Positions 56,133 through 64,000 of a DNA stretch of 64,000 bases are shown piece after piece. The notes under the pieces were generated by a model, which was not told the origin of the DNA, did no database searches, and saw nothing but the letters and a program-made list of their open reading frames with translations. The DNA comes from Alphaproteobacteria bacterium (lineage in GTDB: Bacteria; Pseudomonadota; Alphaproteobacteria; UBA828), in NCBI GenBank assembly GCA_963667785.2, contig CAXXMU010000005.1:32001-96000 (forward strand), written 5' to 3'. Both the position numbers and the translations under genes were made by a program. Within the stretch, counting starts at the first letter, position 1. The number at the start of each line of letters is the position of its first letter.

Positions 56133-57566
56133 TCAGCGCGTGCCGCCGAAACCCGCGGCCAGGTCTTCGCGCACGAGAACGCCGCCCATGCCCTCGTGGC
56201 TCGGGCCGAAGAACACGCCCGTCACCGTGCCGGCGTCGCCGCCGGTCCGGACGAAGCTGTTGCCCCGCACCTCGATCCGGTAGCTGAGGGCGCCGGCGCC
56301 CCACATGGTTCCGCTCCCCGCCGCTCCCGGCGCCGCATCGGCCGGCCAGCGTTCGAGCGCGCCGAGCTCCAGCACGCCGGAGAGCGTTTCCAGGGCGACC
56401 CTGAGGTCGGCCGCGCCGGCCACGGTCTCGGCCTCGGGCGTGAGTCCCAGCAAGCGGCCGGACCAGAGGACGCTGCCCGAGAGCCCGGCGTTGTCCTCGA
56501 GATCGGCGCCGGGTGTCGGCCCGGTCGCCCATGGCTGCGACAGGCCGTTCCGCAGCGCGGCGCCGAAGGCGATCTCGCCGCCCGCCGCGGCGAGCGTGCC
56601 GCGAACGTGCAGCGACGCGTCCGCCCAGGGGCCGAGCTCGTCCGCGATGGCGCCCGGCAGGGTCGCGGCCTCGAAGCGGTCGTAGACCGCGAGCAGCGCC
56701 TCACGGTCGAGCGGGTGGAGAATGTGGCCGGAGAGCTCCTCGCTCCCGCCCCCCACCATGAGGGTCTCCGGGAACCGCCCGGCGTCCACGTGGCCGCGGC
56801 CGAGCAGGTGGATGAGCTCGTGCGCGATGACGCCGAGCCGCTCCAGCCCGGCGGTCAGCGCGGGGTCCACCCAGACCCGGCCGGCCACGATCTCGATCGC
56901 GAACGGCAGGGCCGGGTCTCCGGTGGGCTGGATCGCGTAGCGCGGCACCGCGATCCCGTAGTCCTCGTCTGCCGGCACGATGGCCTCGGCCGGCCACTCC
57001 CCTTGCGGGGCGAAGGTGACCAGGATCTCGCCGTCCGGGAGATCCGGCGCGTCGGCGGGCAGGGGTTCGGCACCGAAGCCGAGCTGCCAGTGGCGGGGCA
57101 GGGCCGCGTTGATCGCCTGAACCACGCGCACCGTCTCGTCGAGCAGCGCGGGCGGCGTCCCCTGCGCCACGCGGACCGTCGGCGGCAGCGCCCCGAAGCG
57201 GAAGACGAGGCCGTCGGGAAGCGGCTGCTGGTCCGCGCCCTCCCCATCGCCCTGGTCCCCGAAGGAGGCCGCGTCCGCCCGCAGATAGGCGATCACCTCC
57301 GCCGCGCCGAGGCCGTCGCGGATCGACCCGTGGGAAACCTGCGTCTCCCCGTGGCGGGCGGCGGGCGCAAGTCGGGCGGCCGGCGCGGCCACGTCCGCCC
57401 CCACATGCAGCCTGCCGTCGAGGCTCACCAGGGGAGCCTGGGGCGCATGAAGCGGCGTCTGCAGCGGCAGCGCGGGGGGATCGGCGGTCGGCGCGTCGTC
57501 CTTTCCGGCGCAGGCGGCCAGCAGCGCCGCGACGCAGACCGCGAGACCCGCCCTCACGAACGCCAT
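56133..57566 (-). CDS. lipoprotein: metzincin-type peptidase plus one TbpB-like C-terminal beta-barrel
   Basis: LAAC lipobox; HELIHLLGRGH (HExxHxxGxxH) with TLM Met-turn; ends ...GVFFGPSHEGMGG...AGFGGTR. Confidence 0.8.
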   Translation of the reverse strand: MAFVRAGLAVCVAALLAACAGKDDAPTADPPALPLQTPLHAPQAPLVSLDGRLHVGADVAAPAARLAPAARHGETQVSHGSIRDGLGAAEVIAYLRADAASFGDQGDGEGADQQPLPDGLVFRFGALPPTVRVAQGTPPALLDETVRVVQAINAALPRHWQLGFGAEPLPADAPDLPDGEILVTFAPQGEWPAEAIVPADEDYGIAVPRYAIQPTGDPALPFAIEIVAGRVWVDPALTAGLERLGVIAHELIHLLGRGHVDAGRFPETLMVGGGSEELSGHILHPLDREALLAVYDRFEAATLPGAIADELGPWADASLHVRGTLAAAGGEIAFGAALRNGLSQPWATGPTPGADLEDNAGLSGSVLWSGRLLGLTPEAETVAGAADLRVALETLSGVLELGALERWPADAAPGAAGSGTMWGAGALSYRIEVRGNSFVRTGGDAGTVTGVFFGPSHEGMGGVLVREDLAAGFGGTR

Positions 57567-57615
57567 GGCATGGCTCCCGCGGCCGGGCCTCCACAGGAAC
57601 CGGGAGGGAGGCCGG

Positions 57616-57691
57616 TGGTGCCGGCGGCAGGACTCGAACCCGCAACCCCTTGATTACAAATCAAGTGCTCTACCGGTTGAGCTACGCCGGC
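57616..57691 (-). tRNA. tRNA-Thr (UGU)
   Basis: 76-nt cloverleaf, GTTCGA T-loop, anticodon TGT, CCA end. Confidence 0.97.
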
Positions 57692-57823
57692 CGATCCATG
57701 GCGGTGCCCGCGGATGGTCACCCTAGCCCCGCCTTCAAGCGCGACCGCCCATGCGTGTCAAGCGCCTCGTCCGCCGCCGTGCCCGCTCGCGCGGCCGATC
57801 GGGCGCGCTGGCGGCTGCCCCGC

Positions 57824-58660
57824 TCATCGCCGCGCGACCTCGTAGAGGGCGATGGCGGCCGCGTTGGAGACGTTGAGGCTCGCCATCGCGCCCGGCAAGG
57901 GAATGCTGGCGGTCAGGTCGCAGCGCTCGCGCGTCAGCCGCCGCATGCCCTGGCCCTCGGCCCCCAGCACAAGCGCGAGCGGCGCCTGGACGTCGACGGC
58001 GGCCAGCGGCTCGGCGGCATCGGGGTCGAGGCCGAGACACCAGAAGCCGAGCTCCTTCAGCACGACGAGCGTGCGTGCGATGTTGACGACCCGGGCGAGC
58101 GGCACCGTTTCCAGCGCGCCGGAGGCGGCCTTGGCGAGCGCGCCGGCGCTCTGCGGCGAGTGGCGGTCCTGGATGACCACGGCGTCGACCGCGAACGCCG
58201 CCGCCGAGCGCAGGATCGCGCCGACGTTCTGCGGATCGGTCACCTGGTCGAGGACGAGGACCGTGCCCGCGCCGCCCTCCGCCTGTGCCGCCGCGCGGCA
58301 GGCCGAGGCGAGATCGACCGCCGGCAGCGGCGCCGTTTCCAACACGATGCCCTGATGCACGGCGCCCTCCGGCAGGAGCGCCGCGAGATCGTGGCGGGAG
58401 ACGATCTGCGGCGCATCGAGGAGCGCCCGGGCCGCGAGCGGCAGCGCGCGGGGGTCGAGGCGGCCGGCGAGCTGCTCGGCGCCCTCCTGCGTCACGATCA
58501 GCCGGTGGCAGCGGCGGCTCGGGTTGGCGAGCGCGGCGGCCACCGCGTGGGCGCCGTAGAGGCGCTCGCGCCGCGGCCGCGCCTGCCGGCGCTGCTCCTG
58601 ATGCGTGCGCCGGCGCACTGGCGTTCGCTCGCGCGGGCGTCGAGAACTGTTGCGTGACAT
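57824..58660 (-). CDS. rlmB: 23S rRNA Gm2251 methyltransferase RlmB (SPOUT)
   Basis: HQGI, DQVTDPQNVGAILRSA, LGAEGQG, SLNVSNA. Confidence 0.92.
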   Translation of the reverse strand: MSRNSSRRPRERTPVRRRTHQEQRRQARPRRERLYGAHAVAAALANPSRRCHRLIVTQEGAEQLAGRLDPRALPLAARALLDAPQIVSRHDLAALLPEGAVHQGIVLETAPLPAVDLASACRAAAQAEGGAGTVLVLDQVTDPQNVGAILRSAAAFAVDAVVIQDRHSPQSAGALAKAASGALETVPLARVVNIARTLVVLKELGFWCLGLDPDAAEPLAAVDVQAPLALVLGAEGQGMRRLTRERCDLTASIPLPGAMASLNVSNAAAIALYEVARR

Positions 58661-58793
58661 GACGCACCCTATTATAAGACATCCATCCCTATTGCGAGAC
58701 GCCCCGGCAAGCGGGCCGCTTGGCGCGCGCGGCGACGCCGCTGCCGTGGCGGACGGCGGTCTCGTGGGCCTTCGGGGAGAGTTCCTTTGGGCG

Positions 58794-58821
58794 TTGACAT
58801 TCCATCGCTAATCTCCATAGT
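58794..58821 (+). promoter_or_regulatory. sigma70 promoter of the tRNA-tuf operon
   Basis: TTGACA-N16-CATAGT followed by a GC-rich discriminator (GCGCGC). Confidence 0.6.
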
Positions 58822-58858
58822 GCGCGCTTCCGAGTCCCGGGCGCGTCCACCTCGGCGC

Positions 58859-58944
58859 GGAGGGGTGGCCGAGTGGTTAAAGGCAGCAGACTGTAAATCT
58901 GCCGACGTATGTCTACGTAGGTTCGAATCCTACCCCCTCCACCA
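58859..58944 (+). tRNA. tRNA-Tyr (GUA)
   Basis: Long variable arm, CTGTAAA anticodon loop, CCA end. Confidence 0.97.
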
Positions 58945-58996
58945 CGCGTGCGCGCCGTTCGCACGGCGTGTGCTGGGCGTGGCGGGCACGGGTCGG

Positions 58997-59070
58997 GCGG
59001 GTGTAGCTCAATGGTAGAGCCCCAGCCTTCCAAGCTGGTTACGTGGGTTCGATTCCCATCACCCGCTCCA
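58997..59070 (+). tRNA. tRNA-Gly (UCC)
   Basis: 74 nt, CTTCCAA anticodon loop, CCA end. Confidence 0.97.
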
Positions 59071-59161
59071 GCGTTTCTGGCCGGCACCGGTTCTTCGGCG
59101 CCCGGTATGTGACTCCTCTAGAACCGCCGCGGCGATGCGGCGGCCGCAGGAAAAGGCACCG

Positions 59162-60352
<1,191 letters not shown>

Positions 60353-60386
60353 AGCGCGAGATGCAGGCGCGACGCGCAGACGGAAT

Positions 60387-60462
60387 AGGAGTGTAGCTCA
60401 ATTGGTAGAGCGCCGGTCTCCAAAACCGGAGGTTGGGGGTTCGAGACCCTCCACTCCTGCCA
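60387..60462 (+). tRNA. tRNA-Trp (CCA)
   Basis: 76 nt, CTCCAAA anticodon loop, CCA end; located upstream of secE. Confidence 0.97.
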
Positions 60463-60490
60463 TCCGCACGGGCAGGGGAGCGTGCTGACC

Positions 60491-60688
60491 ATGGCCCGCA
60501 CGCCGCCGCTGGAGTTTCTGCGCCAGGCACGACAGGAGATCGGCAAGGTCACCTGGCCCACGCGCAAGGAGACGACCATCAGCACCATCATGGTGCTGAT
60601 CATGGTGATCCTCATGGCGATCTTCTTCTTCCTGGTCGATCAGGTGCTGTCGCTCGGGGTCCGGGCGGTGCTGGGGCTCGGCGGATGA
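60491..60688 (+). CDS. secE: preprotein translocase subunit SecE
   Basis: [13 protein letters not shown] followed by one TM helix. Confidence 0.95.
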   Translation: MARTPPLEFLRQARQEIGKVTWPTRKETTISTIMVLIMVILMAIFFFLVDQVLSLGVRAVLGLGG

Positions 60689-61263
60689 CCGACATGCAGG
60701 CAGCGGACGTGCAGGCGAACGGCGGCGACGGGCCCGCCCGGCGGTGGTACATCGTCCACGTCTACTCGGGCTTCGAGAAGAAGGTCGCGCAGTCGATCCG
60801 CGAGCAAGCGCGCCAGCAGGGTCTGGATCATCTGATCGCCGACGTCATGGTGCCCTCGGAAGAGGTCGTCGAGATGCGGCGCGGCGCCAAGGTGAAGTCG
60901 GAGCGCAAGTTCTTCCCGGGCTACGTGCTGGCGCACATCAGCATGACCGACGAGACCTGGCACCTGATCAACAACACGCCGAAGGTGACCGGCTTCCTCG
61001 GCAGCGGCGGCAAGCCGGTGCCGATCAGCGACGACGAGGCGGATCGCGTGCTGAGGCAGGTCAAGGAGGGCGTCGAGCGGCCCAAGCCCTCGGTCATCTT
61101 CGAGATCGGCGAGACCGTGCGGGTCTGCGACGGCCCCTTCACCTCCTTCAGCGGACTGGTGGAGGAGGTCGACGAGGAGCGGGCGCGCCTCAAGGTCGCG
61201 GTATCGATCTTCGGCCGGGCGACGCCGGTCGAGCTGGAATACGCCCAGGTCGAGAAGGCCTGA
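60685..61263 (+). CDS. nusG: transcription termination/antitermination factor NusG
   Basis: [33 protein letters not shown]. Confidence 0.98.
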   Translation: MTDMQAADVQANGGDGPARRWYIVHVYSGFEKKVAQSIREQARQQGLDHLIADVMVPSEEVVEMRRGAKVKSERKFFPGYVLAHISMTDETWHLINNTPKVTGFLGSGGKPVPISDDEADRVLRQVKEGVERPKPSVIFEIGETVRVCDGPFTSFSGLVEEVDEERARLKVAVSIFGRATPVELEYAQVEKA

Positions 61264-61281
61264 CGGCGGGGCGGGAGCGAC

Positions 61282-61713
61282 ATGGCCAAGCGAGTGACGG
61301 GGACGATCAAGCTGCAGGTGCCGGCGGGGCAGGCCAACCCGTCGCCGCCGATCGGGCCGGCGCTCGGCCAGGCCGGCCTGAACATCATGGAGTTCTGCAA
61401 GACCTTCAACGCCCAGACGCAGAACCTCGAGCCCGGCATGCCGATCCCGACGGTGATCTCGGTCTACCAGGACCGGAGCTTCTCGTTCGTGACCAAGAGC
61501 CCGCCGGCGAGCTACTTCCTCAAGAAGGCGGCGGGCGTGGACAAGGGCTCCGAGACGGTCGGCCGGATCGACCCGGTGGGCCAGGTGAGCCGCGCGCAGG
61601 TGCGCGAGATCGCGGAGAAGAAGATGGTGGACCTCAACGCCGACGACATCGACGCCGCATGCCGCATCATCGAGGGATCGGCGCGCTCGATCGGCATCCA
61701 GGTGGTGGGCTGA
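61282..61713 (+). CDS. rplK: 50S ribosomal protein L11
   Basis: [20 protein letters not shown]. Confidence 0.98.
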   Translation: MAKRVTGTIKLQVPAGQANPSPPIGPALGQAGLNIMEFCKTFNAQTQNLEPGMPIPTVISVYQDRSFSFVTKSPPASYFLKKAAGVDKGSETVGRIDPVGQVSRAQVREIAEKKMVDLNADDIDAACRIIEGSARSIGIQVVG

Positions 61714-61718
61714 CGGCG

Positions 61719-62429
61719 ATGGCTGGGCAGGGCAAGAGGATGCGACAGGCCAGGGAGCGGATCGACCGCGACCGGACCTACCCGCTCGGCGAGGCGATCT
61801 CGCTGGTGAAGCAGGGCGCCAAGGCGAAGTTCGACGAGACGGTCGAGATGAGCGTCGGCCTCGGCGTCGACCCGCGCCATGCGGACCAGATGGTGCGCGG
61901 CGTCGTGGCGCTGCCGCACGGCACCGGCAAGTCGGTGCGCGTCGCCGTCTTCGCCAAGGGCGACAAGGCCGAGGACGCGCGCGCCGCAGGCGCCGACCTG
62001 GTGGGCGACGAGGACCTCGCGGCGGACGTGCAGGGCGGCAAGATCGAGTTCGACCGCTGCATCGCGACGCCCGACATGATGCCGATCGTCGGCAAGCTCG
62101 GCCGCATCCTCGGGCCACGCGGCCTGATGCCGAACCCGAAGCTCGGCACGGTGACGGCGGACGTGAGCGAGGCCGTGCAAGCCGCCAAGGGCGGCCAGGT
62201 CGAGTTCCGGGTGGAGAAGGCCGGCATCGTCCATGCCGGCATCGGCAAGGCGAGCTTCGAGGAGCAGGCGCTGGCCGAGAACGCGCGCGCGCTGGTGGAT
62301 GCGCTCAACCGGGCGAAGCCGAGCGGCGCCAAGGGAACCTACATGAAGCGGGCGGCGCTCAGCTCCTCCCAGGGACCGGGCGTGAAGCTCGATGTCGCCG
62401 CCCTGCTGGCGGAGAGGGCGGCGCCGTGA
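61719..62429 (+). CDS. rplA: 50S ribosomal protein L1
   Basis: [25 protein letters not shown]. Confidence 0.98.
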   Translation: MAGQGKRMRQARERIDRDRTYPLGEAISLVKQGAKAKFDETVEMSVGLGVDPRHADQMVRGVVALPHGTGKSVRVAVFAKGDKAEDARAAGADLVGDEDLAADVQGGKIEFDRCIATPDMMPIVGKLGRILGPRGLMPNPKLGTVTADVSEAVQAAKGGQVEFRVEKAGIVHAGIGKASFEEQALAENARALVDALNRAKPSGAKGTYMKRAALSSSQGPGVKLDVAALLAERAAP

Positions 62430-62456
62430 TGGCTGCCCGCCAGGCCGGAGGACGTC

Positions 62457-63023
62457 GTGGAACGGCTTAGGAAGGAAGAGATCGTCCAGGCGCTGCGTGG
62501 CATCTTCGAGAGCACCAATCTCGTCGTCGTCACGCAGTTCAGCGGGCTCTCGGTGGCGGAGGCCTCCGACCTGCGGCGCCAGATGCGCGCGGCCGGCGCG
62601 ACCTTTCGGGTCACCAAGAACCGGCTGGCGAAGCGCGCGGTGGAAGGCACCTCCTTCGCCGGCCTCGCCGACCTCTTCACCGGCTCCAGCGCGATCGCCT
62701 ACTCCGACGATCCGGTGGCGGCCGCCCGCGTCGCGGTGGCCTATGCCAAGGACAACGACAAGCTGATCATCCTCGGCGGCGCCCTCGGCGGCGCCGCGCT
62801 GGACCGCCGCGACGTCCGCTCGCTTGCCGAGCTGCCCTCGCTCGACGTGCTGCGCGCCCGGCTGATCGGCCTCTTGAACCAGCCGGCGTCGAAGCTCGCC
62901 GCCGTGCTCAACGCGCCGGGCGGCCAGCTCGCGCGCGTGCTCAACGCCTACTCGGAAAAAGGAGACAGCGCCAGCGGAAGCGCACCGACCGACGACGACA
63001 ACCCCGACGCACACCAGGACTAG
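62457..63023 (+). CDS. rplJ: 50S ribosomal protein L10
   Basis: [23 protein letters not shown]; GGAGG RBS. Confidence 0.95.
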   Translation: MERLRKEEIVQALRGIFESTNLVVVTQFSGLSVAEASDLRRQMRAAGATFRVTKNRLAKRAVEGTSFAGLADLFTGSSAIAYSDDPVAAARVAVAYAKDNDKLIILGGALGGAALDRRDVRSLAELPSLDVLRARLIGLLNQPASKLAAVLNAPGGQLARVLNAYSEKGDSASGSAPTDDDNPDAHQD

Positions 63024-63042
63024 CCCCCAGGAGACCGACGAC

Positions 63043-63420
63043 ATGGCTGATCTGGCCAAGATTGCAGACGAGCTCTCGACCCTGACGGTGATCGAGGCCT
63101 CGGAACTGAGCAAGATGCTCGAAGAGAAGTGGGGGGTCTCCGCGGCCGCCCCCGTCGCCGTCGCCGCTGCGCCCGGCGCAGCGCCCGCGGCCGAGGAGGC
63201 CGAGGAGCAGACCGAGTTCACCGTGGTCCTCGCCTCGTTCGGCGAGAAGAAGATCAACGTGATCAAGGAGGTGCGCGCGATCACCAGCCTCGGCCTCAAG
63301 GAGGCCAAGGCGCTGGTCGAGGACGCGCCCAAGCCGGTCAAGGAAGACGTGTCCAAGGAAGACGCGAAAAAGATCAAGGAGCAGCTCGAGGCTGCCGGCG
63401 CGACCGTCGAGGTCAAGTAG
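63043..63420 (+). CDS. rplL: 50S ribosomal protein L7/L12
   Basis: [27 protein letters not shown]. Confidence 0.98.
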   Translation: MADLAKIADELSTLTVIEASELSKMLEEKWGVSAAAPVAVAAAPGAAPAAEEAEEQTEFTVVLASFGEKKINVIKEVRAITSLGLKEAKALVEDAPKPVKEDVSKEDAKKIKEQLEAAGATVEVK

Positions 63421-63623
63421 CGACGATTGACTATCGCCGGCGCGCATCCGGGCGGGCGCCCGAGAGGCGCCGGCCCCGCCGCTGCGCCGCGCTCAGGCGT
63501 GGGCGCGCACGGGCGCGAGCAGCCGCACCCGCACGGCGTGCGCCGCTGCAGCGCGTGAACGATTAACCTACGGCCGGCCGCGGCGCAGCAGCCGCGGCCC
63601 GGCCCGAGAGTCCGAGGGGTAAG

Positions 63624-64000
63624 ATGCAGCAGTCTCGCAAGGCCCACCGCAGGCTCCGTCGCAGTTTCAGCCGCATTCCCCAGGTCGCCTCGATGCCGAA
63701 CCTGATCGAGGTGCAGAAGCGTTCGTACGAGTACTTCCTGCAACGGGAGACGCACGGCGACCGGCGCTCGGAGGCGGGTCTCCAGCGGGTGTTCAAGTCG
63801 GTGTTCCCGATCAAGGACTTCTCCGACAAGGCGTCGCTGGAGTTCGAGCGCTACGAGTTCGAGGAGCCGAAGTACGACGTCGAGGAATGCCAGCAGCGCG
63901 GCATCACCTATGCCGCCCCCCTCAAGGTCACGCTCCGCCTGGTGGTCTGGGACGTGGACGACGACAGCGGGCTGCGCTCGGTGCGCGACATCAAGGAGCA
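63624..64000 (+). CDS. rpoB: RNA polymerase beta subunit (5' part, runs off the window)
   Basis: [12 protein letters not shown]...[15 protein letters not shown]...[21 protein letters not shown]. Confidence 0.97.
   Translation, partial: MQQSRKAHRRLRRSFSRIPQVASMPNLIEVQKRSYEYFLQRETHGDRRSEAGLQRVFKSVFPIKDFSDKASLEFERYEFEEPKYDVEECQQRGITYAAPLKVTLRLVVWDVDDDSGLRSVRDIKE

Overview
High-GC alphaproteobacterial chromosome segment (Rhodospirillales-like by gene content and synteny; a host-associated lifestyle such as a sponge symbiont is possible but is only an inference). It opens with the right end of a prophage (HNH nuclease, excisionase, tyrosine integrase). Next come a phoR-pstCAB-phoU-phoB cluster without pstS but with two Pho boxes, mutS, a CoxMSL-like molybdenum hydroxylase, glyQS-ppdK, rpmH-rnpA-yidD-yidC-engB-argB and panBC. 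A nitrogen-catabolic region follows (ureF-ureAB-ureC plus an atypical deaminase, a D-aminoacylase, a DgdA-like PLP enzyme), then ccdA/tlpA, queG-cinA-pgpA-ispDF, four tRNAs and tuf-secE-nusG-rplKAJL-rpoB. The strongest novelty candidates are four. (1) Two unlinked lipoproteins fuse a zinc-metallopeptidase motif to TbpB-like C-terminal beta-barrel modules, which suggests Slam/type 11 secretion cargo. Each is bordered by a decayed copy of neighbouring host sequence: the first 48 codons of coxM in one case, the tRNA-Thr 3' arm in the other. (2) A divergent urease keeps its Ni ligands but has a remodelled substrate pocket and is co-encoded with a deaminase-fold protein that lacks the CodA catalytic Glu and Asp. 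(3) YidC carries a basic C-terminal tail of about 315 aa. (4) A CTAG-bounded structured repeat and tandem hairpins show compensatory base changes. All calls come from reading the sequence and remembered family motifs; no database searches were run.
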